NCBI RefSeq assembly: GCF_963921235.1
Contig: NC_086097.1
Coordinates: 122,700,001-122,764,000, forward strand
Direction of reading: 5' to 3'
DNA: 64,000 bases
DNA from: Mobula hypostoma
Taxonomy: Eukaryota
Shown here piece after piece: positions 25,851 to 38,978 of this stretch (within the stretch, counting starts at the first letter, position 1; every line of letters starts with the position of its first letter). The translations under genes were made by a program, and so were the position numbers. The notes below the pieces were generated by a model that saw only the letters and a list, made by a program, of their open reading frames with translations, did no database searches and was not told where the DNA came from.

Positions 25851-26628
25851 ACCAGACAGTCCTTCCAGGTGAGGCGACACTTCACCTGTGAGTAGGCTGG
25901 GGTGATATATTGCGTCCAGTGCTCCCGATGTGGCCTTCTATACATTGGGGAGACCTGACGCAGACTGGGAAATCGTTTTGCTGAACACCTACGCACTGTC
26001 CGCCAGAGAAAGCAGGATCTCCCAGTGGCCACACATTTTAATTCCACTTCCCATTCCTATTCTGATATGTCTATCCACGGCCTTCTCTACTGTAAAGATG
26101 AAGCCACACTCAGGTTGGAGGAACAACACCTTATATTCTATCTGGGTAGCCTCCAACCTGATGGCATGAACATTGACTTCTCAAACTTCCGCTAATGCCC
26201 CACCTCCCCCTCGTACCCCATCCGTTATTTATTTATATACACACATTCTTTTTCTCTCTCTCCTTCTTCTCCCTCTGTCCCTCTGACTATACCCCTTGCC
26301 CATCCTCTGGGCTTTTTTCCCCCGCTCTCCCTTTTCTTTCTACCTGGGCCTCCTGTCCCATGATCCTCTCATATCCCTTTTGCCAATCAACAGTCCAGCT
26401 TTTGGCTCCATCCCTCCCCCTCCTGTCTTCTCCTATCATTTCGGATCTCCCCCTCCCCCTCCCACTTTCAAATCTCTTACTAGCTCTTCTTTCAGTTGGT
26501 CCTGACGAAGGGTCTCGGCCCGAAACGTCGACTGTACCTCTTCCTAGAAATGCTGCCTGGCCTGCTGCGTTCACCAGCAACTTTTATGTGTGTTGCTTGA
26601 AATTCCAGTATCTGCAGATTTCCTCGTG
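25851..26628 (+). mobile_element. 5'-truncated Penelope-like element (GIY-YIG endonuclease remnant plus hammerhead-bearing 3' region) with TSD
   Basis: FQVRRHFTCE*AGVIYCVQCSRCGLLYIGET*RRLGNRFAEH is a GIY-YIG domain. TTAGATGGAGTGGA is duplicated at 25837-25850 and 26629-26642. Confidence 0.92.
26497..26534 (+). ncRNA. Minimal type I hammerhead ribozyme motif (intact core)
   Basis: TGGTC-CTGACGA-A-GGGT(CTCG)GCCC-GAA-ACGT-C/GACTG: helix I, CUGANGA core, helix II, GAAA, palindromic ACGU helix III, GUC cleavage triplet (after 26529). Confidence 0.8.
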
Positions 26629-28756
26629 TTAGATGGAGTGGAGTTTGTCAGTTGTGTTCAGGAAGGCTTCCTGACACAATATGTAGATAAGCCGACAAGA
26701 GGAGAGGCTGTACTTGATCTGGGATAGGGAAAGAACCTGGTCAGGTGTCAGGTCTCTCAGTGTGAGAACATTTTGGAGATAGTGTTCACAAATCTATCTC
26801 CTTTACCATACCATTGGAGAGGGATAGGAACAGACAAGTTAGGAAAGCGTTTAATTGGAGTAAAGGGAAATATGAAGCTATCAGGCAGGAACTTGAAAAG
26901 CATAAATTGGGAACAGATGTTCTCAGGGAAATGTACGACAGAAATGTGGCAAATGTTCAGGGGATATTTACGTGGGATTCTGCATAGGTACGTTCCAATG
27001 AGACAGGGAGAGGATGGTAGGGTACAGGAACAGTGGTGTACGGCTGTTGAAAATCTAGTCAAGAAGAAAAGAAAAGCTGACAAAAGGTTCAAAAAACTAG
27101 GTAATGATAGAGATCTAGAAGATTATAAGCATATAGGCATTAAGATAGAGGATGTGTTGGAGCTTTTGGAAAGCATCAAGTTGGATAAGTCATCTAAACT
27201 GGATGAGATGTGCCCCAGGCTACTGTGGGAGGCGAGGGACGAGATTGCTGAGCCTCTGACGATAATCTTTGCATCATCAATGGGGATGAGAGAGGTTCCG
27301 GAGGATTGAAGGGTTGCAGATGTTGTTCCCTTATTCAAGAAAGGGAGTAGGGATAGCCCAGGAAATTATAGACCAACGAGACTTACTTCAGTGGTTGATA
27401 AGTTGATGGAGAAGATCCTGAGAGGCAGGATTTATGAACATTTGGAGAGGCATAATATGATTAGGAATAGTCAGCATGGCTTTGTCAAAGGCAGGTCGTG
27501 CCTTACAAGCCTGATTGAAATTTTTTGGATGTGACTAAACACATTGATGAAGGTAGAGTTGTAGATGGAGTTTATATGTATTTCAGCAAGGCATTTGATA
27601 AGGTTCCCCATGCAAGGCTTATTGAGAAAGTAAGGAGGCATGGGATCCAAGGGGACATTGCTTTGTGGATCCAGATTTGGCTTACCCACAGAAGGCAGAA
27701 TGGTTGTAGATGGGTCATATTCTGCATGGAGGCTGGTGACCAGTATTGTGCCTCAGGGATCTACCTGGGACCCCTTCTCCTCGTGATTTTTATAAATGAC
27801 CTGGATGAGGAAGTGAAGGGACGGGTTAGAAAATTTGTTGATGACACAAAGGTTGGGGGTGTTGTGGATAGTGTGGAGGGCTGTCAGAGGTTACAGTGGG
27901 ACATTGATAGGGTGCAAAATTGGGCTGAGAAGTGGCAGATGGAGTTCAACCCAGATAAATGTGAGGTGGTTCATTTTGGTAGGTCAAATATGATGACAGA
28001 ATATAGTATTAATGGTAAGTCTCCTGGCAGTGTGGAAAATCAGAGGGATCTTGGGGTCTGAGTCCATAGGACACTCAAAGCTGCTGTGCAGGTTGACTCT
28101 GTGGTTTAGAAGGCATACAGAGCATTGGCCTTCATCAATCATGGGAATGAGTTTAAGAGGCAAGAGGTAATGTTCCAGCTATATAGGACCCTGGTCAGAC
28201 CCTACTTGGAGTACAGTGTTCAGTTCTGGTCACCTCACTACAGGAAGGATGTGGAAACTATAGAAAGGGTGCAGAGGAGATTTACAAGTATGTTGCCTGG
28301 ATTAGGGAGCATGCCTTATGAGAATAGGTTGAGAGAGCTTGGCCTTTTCTCCTTGGAGCAACGGAGGATGAGAGGTGACCTGATAGAGGTGTACAAGATG
28401 ATGAGAGGCATTAATTATGTGGATAGTCAGAGGCTTTTTCCCAGGGCTGAAATGGCTAACACGAGAAGGCACAGTTTTAAGGTGCTTGGAAGTAGGTACA
28501 GAGGAGGTGTCAGGGGTAAGTTTTTTACACAGAGAGTGGTGAGTGCATGGAATGTGCCGCTGGCAACGGTGGTGGAGGCAGATACGATCGGGTCTTTTAA
28601 GAGTCTTTTGGATAGGTACATGGAGCTTAGAAAAATAGAGGGCTATGGGTAGCCCTAGGTAATTTCTAAAGTAAGTACATGTTCGGCACAGCATAGTGGG
28701 CTGAAGGGCCTGTATTGTGCTGTAGGTTTTCTATGTTTCTATGTTAAGATCTAAAA

Positions 28757-29555
28757 CCACAAGACCGTAAGACTTGGGAGCAGCATTAGAACATTTGGCC
28801 CATCGAGTCTGCTCTATTATTCAATCATGGCTGATCCTTCTTTTCCCTCCTCAGCCCCACTCCCCTACCTTCTCCCCATAACCTTTGATGTTGTGGCCAA
28901 TCAAGAACCTATCAATTCGCCTTAAATACACTCAACAACCTGGCCTCCACAACTGCCTGTGGTAACAAGTTCCACAACTCACCACCCTCTGGCTAAGGAC
29001 ATTTCTCCGCATCTTTATTTTAAATGGGCACGCCTCTATCAAACGTTCCTCATATGATAACCCTTTCATTCCTGGAATCATCCTTGTGAACCTTCTCTGA
29101 ACCCTCTCCAATGCCAGAACATGTTTTCTTCCATAAGGAGCCCAAAACTGTTCACAATACTCAAGGTGAGGCCTCACCCGTGCCTTATAACATCTCAGCA
29201 TCACATCCCTGATCTTATATTCTAGTCCTCTTGAAATGAATGCTAACATTGCATTTGCTTTCCTCACCACCAACTCAATTTGCAAGTTAACCTTTAAGGT
29301 GTTCTGCACAAGAACTCCCATGTCCCTTTACATCTCAGATTTTTGGATTTTCTCCCCAAGTAGAAAATATTCTGCACATTTATTTCTACTACCAAAGTGC
29401 ATGACCATGCACCTTCCAACATTGTATTTCATTTGCCACTTTCTTGCCCATTCTCCTAATTGATCTAAGTCCTTCAGCAGCCTACCCGTTTTCTCAACTC
29501 TACCTGCCCTCCACCAATCTTTGTATCACCTGCAAATTTGGCAAGAAAGCAATCT
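28757..29555 (-). mobile_element. CR1 LINE 3' fragment
   Basis: KANAMLAFISRGLEYK..RPHLEYCEQFWAP. Confidence 0.88.
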
Positions 29556-30539
29556 AGGTAAATGCTGATTCCTGAAAATTTGAATAAAATGAAGAACCAA
29601 ATAAAGAACATGGGCAGCTGGATGAGACCAAGATTCTAGCCCCAAATTCAGATCCAAGCTCACATCCAACTATGCCTGGGCGAACTATGTTATTGGCAAG
29701 CTCTGTCACAATAACGAGGATTCATTCTGGTGAATACAATTCAGATTAGCTTTATTTGTCAGGCATACATCAAAACATATCATGAAATACACCATTTATG
29801 TCAAATCAAATCAGTGAGAATTGTGCTGTTCCAGCACCAACATAGCAGGCCTACAACTTGCTAAACCTATAATCGTACATACACCTTTGGAATGTGGGAG
29901 GAAACCAGAGCACCCTGAGGAAATCAAACTTCTTATAGACAGCAGCAGGAACTAACCCTACACTACCACGTTGCCTTAACAACATGGAACATTTCACAAC
30001 TTTGTCTGTCATTCTTTTATTCTACAGTACTGGGTGAATACAGGTTAGTGATTGTACAACAGAAGTATAGTTAAAGATGGGTATGGACCTATTTATATAA
30101 TACATCAATTGTGACTACAGTCTTCTCACAGGCACTAACATCAATTTCAGAGAAGGTTTTTTTGAGGAACTGATATAGACACAAATGGTCATAAAGGGCT
30201 TTAAATTATCATCAATGCAATCCCAGGCAGATTGCAAACAGGTGAACCTGAGGGATACTCAGAGATAGTTTCCGCAAGGAAGACTGAAAAGAAATGTTTG
30301 TAAATTAGGACAGTAGGAAACTTTTGTTTTTTTTTTCCCAGAGAGGAAGGTAAAATAGTTTGCTTTAAAGTGCATTTAGCTTTTATGGAGTTCTTTTTTT
30401 CCAGAATGGCCTTTAGTATTTACTTCTAAAAGTAATAGCACAACGCTGAAAAATATTGTAGTTTTTTAAAAAATAGTTACCTTTCAGAAATGGGGAACTA
30501 CGTCACTCACTTCCATCCATGTGTAACTAAGGCTCCATG

Positions 30540-33350
30540 TTTGGTCATATGAAGAAAGGTTGAGTGAATGAGGGCTATTCTCTCTGGAGTGAAGGAGGAT
30601 GAGAGATATTAGACATGTACAAGAGTCTGAGAGGCATAGATAGAGTGTACAGTCAGAAGCTTTTTCCCAGGGTGGCAATGGTCAATACCAGAGGACATAA
30701 ATTTAAAGTGAGTGGAGGAATGTTTAGGGGAATCAGGTTTAATGTCACTGGCATTTGTCATGACGCTTGTTGTCTTTGAAGCAACAGTACAATGCAATAC
30801 TTTACAATAAAGAAAAAAACTGAATTATAGTATATATATATATATATATAAAACAGTTAAATTAAATAAGCAGTGAAAAATTAGAAATTAAGAAGTGGGT
30901 TGAATGTCCATTCAGATGGTGAGGGGAAGAAGCAGTTCCTGAATCGCTGAGCGTTCAGGCTCCTGTACCTCCTTCTTGGTGATAACAGTGAGATCAAGGC
31001 ATGACCTAAGGGATGGGAATCCTTAATGATGGTTGCTGCCTTTTTGAGGCATCGTTCTTTGAAGATGTTCTGGATACTACGGAGGCTAGTCCCCATGATG
31101 GAGCTGAGAAGTTTATGACTCTCTGCTGCTTATTTCGATGCTTGCAGCAGCCACCACCCCATCCCACTCCCATAACGACGGTGATGCAGCCAGCTAAAGT
31201 CAGAGGGAGCTTTGTTTTCACAAAGAGAGTGGCAGGTGTCCGGACAGACTGCTGGGAGTGATGCTGGAGGTACTTACAATAAGGGCATGTAAGAAACTCT
31301 TAGATACGCTCATGAATGTCAGAGGAATGGAGGATACTGGGCTTGATGTCTGAATAAAGATATACATAAAATCACCGAAGAAAAGGCAGCTATAAAAGGA
31401 ATGCAGAAAAAATAGTAATGATGTTAACCATAAGCCATATGAAAGTATGAGAGCTATAGTCAAGAATGAAATTTGGATTGCTAAAAGGAAGTTTGAGAAG
31501 GACCCCAAGAGTTTTTATCAATGCTTTAACAGTAAAAGAAACATCAAGGAAGAAGTTAAGTGCATTAGCAATAACACCGGGGTGACACATTATGCAGAGA
31601 AGGCCATAGTGAATACTATCTGCTAAAGTATTCACCTAGGAAGAAGTTAGCAATATGCCAGTAAGTGTAGAGAAAGTGACTTAGAGATCTTAGAAAGTGA
31701 GGTCCTGCTTCAGTTGAAAAGGCTGAAAGTTAATAAGTTTCCAGGGCCAGACAACATATATCCAAGGGTACTTAAAGAGGTCTGTGGTTGTATATGCAAA
31801 CCCCTAACATGTATTTTTCAAAGGTCAGCGAGGACTGGTGAAATCCCTAAGGACTGGAAATGGGCTAATGTTGTCCCAGTATACAAGAAGGGTGACTGCA
31901 CTGACCCTGGTAACTATAGACTAGTAACCTTAATGTGTGTCGTAGCTTAGATAATGTAAACAGTAATAAAGAATGAGCTGGAAAAGCAGCTGATAAGAAC
32001 AGACATGTTAGCAGAAAGCCAGCATGGGTTCAGAAAGAGGAAACCACATTTTACTAATATACTAGAGTTCTATGAAGGGGAAACTAAAACTTATGATAAC
32101 AATAAAGTAGTTGAAATTATTTACTTGGACTTCCAGAAGGCTTTTGACAAGGTACCTCCCAAGAGGTTAATAATCAAATTACAGGAGGTAGGGATTCAGG
32201 ATAAGGTGTGAATGGGTGCAAAATAGGTTTAAAAACAGAAAACAAAGACTTATGGTGAGAGGATAATTTTCCCACCTGGAGGATGTTAAAATGGGGTTCT
32301 GCAGCGATCAGTTTTGGGGCCGCTGCTGTTTTTAATTTACATTAATGATTTGGGTAAGCACATAACATTTAAGCTAGTGAAGTTTGCTGATGCCCCAAAA
32401 CTCGGGGGAAGGGCTGATAACATTCAGGCAGCAGAATCAATACAGTTAGATTTATACAAAATCCAGATGTGGGCAAATAAATAGCAATGAAATTTAAAGT
32501 AAGCAAATGTAAAGTATTACTTATAGGAAGTATAAATATTAGATATAAATAGCCAATGGGGATCTTGGGTTAGAAAGTGCGCTGTATGAGAAGGATTTGA
32601 GCGTCCTAGTAGACTCATTACTATCAACATCTAGACAATGTACAGAAGCGATTACAAAGGCTAATAGAATGTTGGGCTGTATAATGTGCTCAGTAGAGTT
32701 CAAGTCTAGAGATATTCTCCTTGAGCTGTATAATGCGCTTGTGAAGCTACACCTTGAATAATGTGTACAATTTTGGTCTCCATATACTGTGAGGAACTTG
32801 AAGGCATTGGAGAGAGTTCAAAGAAGGGCGACTAGATTCATTCCAGTTCTGCAGGATATGAGCTATGAAGAAAGATTAAAAGAATTAAATCTTTTTAGTC
32901 TATGTAGATATAGAATGAGAGGAGACATGGTAGAAGTGTTCAAAATCATTAAGGGTATAAGTAAGTTGGATGCCAGCTGCTACGTCAAAATTAATCCATC
33001 ATCAAGGGCACGGGGCTGTGGGTGAGGACTGGTTAAAGGGAGATTTCAGGCCAACATCAGGAACCACTTCTTTACACAGCGAGTTGTGGACACATGGAAC
33101 AAACTAACTAGTTGTATAGCTGAAAGTAGTACTTTAGAGACTTTCAAATCTCAATATGGTTATTTAAACACACTATGTGAATAGGAATTTGGCAAGCTTT
33201 GTTGGGCCGAATGGCCTGTCCTTCTCAAAAACTTTCTAATGTTTTAATAAAGAAGAGAAGGATCAGACTGATAATGGAGTAGGTTTATGTAAGTTGGCAC
33301 AACATTATGGGACAAAGGGCCTGTCCTCGGCTGTATTGTTCTTTGTTCCA
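30540..33350 (+). mobile_element. Nested cluster: CR1 3' fragment containing a Rex tail (-, ~30730-31190) and a second CR1 family fragment (+, ~31345-33245)
   Basis: KFPGPDNIYPRVLKE, PGNYRLV, QHGFRKRK, YLDFQKAFDKVP, LERVQRRAT; Rex ERCLKKAATIIKDSHP on minus. Confidence 0.8.
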
Positions 33351-33494
33351 TGTTTGTCTCTTTCCTTCTTTCATTGAACTGATGTAACTTCACACAAAGT
33401 CCAAGGCTAGAGAAATAGTCTGGCCCATTGATTCAAGGTTGCAGAGCCTGTTTGGCCCAATAACCATATACAGTACGGTTGGGGACCCCTGCAT

Positions 33495-36400
33495 AAGACC
33501 ATATTTACAGGAACAGAATTAAGTTATTTGGTCCATTGCAACTGCTCCGCCATTTCATCATGGCTAATCCAGTTTTCCTCTCAGCCCCAATCTCTTGCCT
33601 TCTCCCCCTATCCTTTCACTTCCTGACCAATCAATAATCTATCAACTTCTGCCATAAATAAAAGTGAAGACTTGGCCTCCACAGCTGCCTGTGGCAAAGA
33701 CTTCCACAGATTCACCACCCTCTGGCTAAAGAAATTACGCCTCATCTCCCTTCTAAAAGAGCACCCCTCTACTCTGCAACTATGTCCTCTAGTCTTAGAC
33801 TCTCCACCATAGGAAACATCCTCTCCACATCCACTCTATCAAGGCCTTTCACCATTTGATAGGCTTCAATGAGACTCATTCTTCTGAATTCTGGCAAATA
33901 CAGGCCCAGAGTCATCAAATGTTCTTCGTATTGCCATTCAATCCTGGAATAATTTTCATGAACCTCCTTTGAACCCTCTCCAGTTTTAGCATTCTTTCTA
34001 AGAAAAGGGGCTCAATCCTGCTCACAATACTCCAAATGAGGCCTCACTAGTGCTTTATAAAGTCTCAACATTACATCCTTGCTTTATATTCTAAACCTCT
34101 TGAAATGAATGCTAACATTGCATTTGCCTTCCTCACCACAGGCTCAACCTGCAAATTAACCTCTAGAGAATCCTTCACAAGGACTCCCAAGTCCCTTTGC
34201 ATCTCAGTTTTTTTAGTATTTTCTCTCCATTTACAAAATAGTCAACCATAAGACCATAAGACCATAAGACCATAAGACCATTAGCGATGATCTTTCAAAA
34301 GTCGATAGATTCTGGCATGGTTCCGGAGGACTGGAAGATTGCAAATGTCACTCCGCTATTTAAGAAGGGGGCAAGGAAGCAAAAAGGAAATTATAGACCT
34401 GTTAGCTTGACGTCGGTGGTTGGGAAGTTGTTGGAGTCGATTGTCAAGGATGAGGTTACAGAGTACCTGGAGGCATATGACAAGATAGGCAGAACTCAAC
34501 ATGGATTCCTTAAAGGAAAATCCTGCCTGACAAACCTATTACAATTTTTTGAGGAAATTACCAGTAGGCTAGACAAGGGAGATGCAGTGGGTGTTGTATA
34601 TTTGGATTTTCAGAAGGCCTTTGACAAGGTGCCACACATGAGGCTGCTTAACAAGATAAGAGCCCATGGAATTACAGGAAAGTTACATACATGGATAGAG
34701 CATTGGCTGATTGGCAGGAAACAGAGAGTGGGAATAAAGGGATCCTATTCTGGTTGGCTGCTGGTTACCAGTGGTGTTCCACAGGGATCAGTGTTGGGGC
34801 CACTTCTTTTTATATTGTACATCAATGATTTGGATTATGGAATAGAGGGCTTTGTGGCTAAGTTTGCTGACGATACAAAGATAGGTGGAGGGGCCGGTAG
34901 TGCTGAGGAAACGGAGAGTCTGCAGAGAGACTTGGGTAGATTGGAAGAATGGGCAGAGAAGTGGCAAATGAAGTACAATGTTGGAAAGTGTATGGTTATG
35001 CACTTTGCAGAAAAAATAAACGGGCAGACTATTATTTAAATGGGGAAAGAATTCAAAGTTCTGAGATGCAACGGGACTTGGGAGTCCTCATACAGGATTC
35101 CCTTAAAGTTAACCTCCAGGTTGAGTCGGTAGTGAAGAAGGCGAACGCAATGTTGGCATTCATTTCTAGAGGAATAGAGTATAGGAGCAGGGATGTGATG
35201 TTGGGGCTCTATAAGGCGCTGGTGAGACCTCACTTGGAGTACTGTGGGCAGTTTTGGTCTCCTTATTTAAGAAAGGATGTGCTGACGTTGGAAAGGGTAC
35301 AGAGAAGATTCACTAGAATGATTCCGGGAATGAGAAGGTTAACAATGAGGAACGTTTGCCCGCTCTTGGACTGTATTCCTTGGAGTTTAGAAGAATGAGG
35401 GGAGACCTCATAGAAACATTTCGAATGTTAAAAGGCATGGACAGAGTGGATGTGGCAAAGTTGTTTCCCATGATGGAGGAGTCTAGTACGAGAGGGCATG
35501 ACTTCAGGATTGAAGGGCGCCCTTTCAGAACAGAAATGAGAAAAAATTTTTTTAGTCAGAGGGTGGTGAATCTATGGAATTTGTTGCCACGGGCAGCAGT
35601 GGAGGCCAAGTCATTGGGTGTCTTTAAGGCAGAGATTGATAGGTATCTGAGTAGCCAGGGCATCAAAGATTATGGTGAGAAGGCGGGGCAGTGGGACTAA
35701 ATAGGATAAAATGGATCAGCTCATGATAAAATGGTGAAGCAAACTTGATGGGCCGAATGGCCTACTTCTGCTCCTTTGTCTTATGGTCTAAAATAGTCAA
35801 CCCTTTTATTTCTTCTACCAAAGTGCATAACCATACACTTCTGACACTGTATTCCATTTGCCATTTCTTTGTCCACTCTCCTAATCTGTCTAAGCTCTTC
35901 TCTGGCCTCTCTATTTCCTCAAAACTACCTGCTCCACCTGTCTTCATATCGTCTGAAAACTATGCAACAAAGCCATCAATTCCATCATCCAAATCATTAA
36001 CATATAACGTAAAAAGTATCAGTCCCAACACAAACCCTGTGGAACTCCACTATTACTGGCATCCAGCCAGAAAAGGTTCCTTTTATTCACATCTTTTGCC
36101 TCCTGCCAGTCAGTCAGCTAATGGTTTATCCATGCTAGAATCTTCCCTGTCATACCATGGGCTCGTAGCTTGTTAAGCAGTCTCACGTGTGGCACCTTGT
36201 CAAAGGCCTTCTGTAAATCCATGTACATAACATCAATCAATTCTCCTTTGTCTATCCTGCTTGTTATTTCTTCAAAGAATTCCAACAGATTTGTCAGGCA
36301 AGATTTGCTGACTATGAACTATTTTATAATGTGCCCCCAAGTACACTGAGACTTCATCCTTAATAGTCGACTCCAACATCTTCCTAACAACTGAGGTCAG

Positions 36401-36782
36401 ACTAACTGGCCTTCCTTCTGCCTCTCTCTCTTCCTGAAGTGGAGTGACATTTTCAATTTTCCAGTCTTCTGGAACCATTCCAGAATCTAGCAATTCCTGG
36501 AAGATCATCACTAATGCGTCCATGATCTCTTTAGCCACCTCTTTCAGAACTCCATGGTGCAGACCATCTGATCCAGGTGACTTATCTACCTTCAGACCTT
36601 GCAGTTTCCCAAGAACCTTCTCTCTAGTTATAGTAACTTCACATACTTCATGCCCCTGACACCTAGAACTTCCACCATTCTGCTAATGCCTTCCACAGTG
36701 AAGACTGAACCAAAATACTCAGTTCATCCGCCATTTCATTTTCCCCCATTACTACCTCTCCAGCATCGTCTTCCAGCGGTCT
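33495..36782 (-). mobile_element. Degenerate CR1 LINE interrupted by a younger CR1 (34248-35789)
   Basis: EIMDALVMIFQELLDSGMVPEDWKIENVTPL; the sequence joins up across the TSD. Confidence 0.85.
34248..35789 (+). mobile_element. Young 5'-truncated CR1 LINE (RT, 2 frameshifts), 13-bp TSD
   Basis: ORFs 34287..35039, 34949..35398 and 35356..35700 (VPQGSVLGP, KFADDTK). AAAATAGTCAACC at 34235-34247 and 35790-35802. Confidence 0.95.
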
Positions 36783-37261
36783 GATAACCACCTACCTACA
36801 ACAAGACCTGCCACAACATGCTACACACATAACCTGTCCCATATTATTGAAATGGAATGCTGCCAGTCTTTGACATCTTGCTTTTAATCTTTAAATACAA
36901 ATTAATTTTACACTTTAAACATTTTCTGATATTCAGAAACATCTAATCTAATCTAAAAAATAGCTAAAATGGATTTATATATAAACTAATTTCTGTCAAA
37001 TAACCACATTTCAAGAAAGATAGCCTGAGAAGCTAGAATATTAGCTGTAATTCTTAAATGAGTCAAAGACAAGGCAATTCACATCATTATTTAATACTGC
37101 TTCCTGAACGTTGAATGGAAGCAGAGAACCACAATTTAATTCAAGTCCTGTGGTCTGTCCATTTCAGATGTGAATATAAATGTTTATATTATATCAGCAT
37201 CTCATATTTTCCGAGTAAGTGCCTGTTTCCTTCATAATCTGCCTGCTTGATATTGCAGCAG

Positions 37262-37800
37262 TCAGAATCAGAAGTGGAATCAGAATCAAGTTTAACATCT
37301 GTCATGAAATGTGTTGTTTTGTGGCTATATATATGTGCACTGTATATATATATTTTTTTTTAATTAATTAAATAGGTAGTGCAGATAGAGAGCAAAAATA
37401 GTGAGGTTGTTTTCATGGGCTGGTTCATTGTCTGTTCAGATATTTGATGGTGAAGGGGGAGAAACTGTTCCTGAAATGCTGAGGGTGTGTCTTTAGGCTT
37501 CTGTACCTCTGTCCTGATGGTAGCATTGTGAAGAGAGCATGTCCTAAGTGATGGGCTTCTTTAGTGATAGATGCCGCTTTTTTGAGACATCACTTCTTGA
37601 AGATCTCCTTGATGCAGGAGAGATTAGTGCCCGTGATGGAGTTGGGTGAGCTTGCAACCCTCTAAAGCCTTTTTCTGGTCCTGCGCAGTGTCCCCCACCC
37701 CCATATAACAGATGGTGATGCAACCAGCAGAATACTCTCCATGGTACATCTGTAGAAACTTGCTAGAGTCTATGGTGACATACCAAATCTCCTCAAAATC
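37262..37800 (-). mobile_element. Rex/Babar 3' fragment (similar pieces at 47123-47685 minus, 48295-48975 plus, 50900-51245 plus)
   Basis: tgattctgatt-type tail, ccatcaggacagaggtacagaagcctaaagacacac, gatttggtatgtcacc as in 22545-22900. Confidence 0.75.
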
Positions 37801-38154
37801 TTGGCGAAAAATAAGAACATTGGCTTGACCTTGATATAATCACTTTACTGGTTGAATATAAGTAATTGCTTTTAACACAACTATCTAATCATTTCTGCAG
37901 GGTGTTTGTGTAGAAACTCCTACAGAAAACTAGCAGTGTTTCCTCTCCATTCAGTGTTGTTAGAAGACTTTTCACTTTGACAACTCAGTATTTTTTAAGG
38001 AATATCTGATTGGATGCCTATACTGAACCAACTAACCTTCCGAGCCAGACCACTGATCTTTCAGAGAAGGCACAAGTCTTGAAACAAGATATGTTAATGG
38101 GAAAGATGACGATTTGATGGTGGTTCTATCAATAGGCACAGTAATTAGTCTAAC

Positions 38155-38580
38155 ATGTACAAAATGCTGGAGGAACATAGCAGGTCAGGCAATAGTAGAC
38201 AATCAATGTTTCAGGCAAGACTCTTCAGCAGGACTGCAAAGGAAGGGGGAAGAAGCCAGAATAAGAAGATGGAGAGAAGGGAAGAAGGGCAAGCTGGCAG
38301 GTGATAGGTGAAGGCAGGTGAGGGAGGAGGTGGATAGGTAAGGGGAGGGGAATGAAATGAGAAGCTGGGAGATGATAGGAGGAAGAAGTGAAGGAAGAAC
38401 GAGGAATCTGACAAGACAGGAGAGTGGAAAATGGGAGAAAGGGAAGGAGGTGGGGCACCAGAGGGAGGTGACGGGCAGGTGAAGAGAAGAGAAGGGATGA
38501 AAGGGAAGCCAGAATGGGGAACGGAAAAAAAGAGAAGGAGGATGAAGGAAGAAATTGCCAGAAGTTAGAGAAATTGATGT
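38155..38580 (-). mobile_element. Penelope-derived repeat with degenerate hammerhead (38200-38236)
   Basis: Reverse complement CAGTCCTGCTGAAGAGTCTTGCCTGAAACATTGATTG with the purine tract on plus. Confidence 0.75.
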
Positions 38581-38978
38581 CCCATTGAGTTTATGTTTGC
38601 AGACAAAGGAGCTTTAATTGCGATACTCATTGTTTTATTCCATTATCTAAACTATATGGGGATACTTTTAGATGGGCTAAACTCCTGAACTAAGACATTG
38701 TTTGCTTTTGTGCCTGGAGGGTGAAGTCATGTTTTGAAGAATCATCTGTGAAGCAAAGTGAGAATGATATCGGTAGTGTGTCTGTAGGGCTCTATAACAG
38801 TGTCTGTTCAGTGCACTGAGCTGAAGTTTGTCTCATTTAAAGTGACTGACCAGTCCAACTAGAACTGATTTAAATGGAATCATTAGATCTCTTACAGATG
38901 AGTGATTATACAGTTGGCTATTCATCCACATTACATAAAGGTTTGAGGCTTGCAATTACGTTAAAGCTTTTGCCAAAT

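Larger units (their letters stand above)
25385..28745 (+). mobile_element. Degenerate CR1 LINE ORF2 (APE endonuclease plus RT) with 3' tail
   Basis: RSIMNKVDEL..DVVAITETW, GGGVALL, GVFYRP, KAFDKVPH, KFVDDTK, RPYLEYSVQFWSP; (TTTCTATG)n tail at ~28728-28745. Confidence 0.92.
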
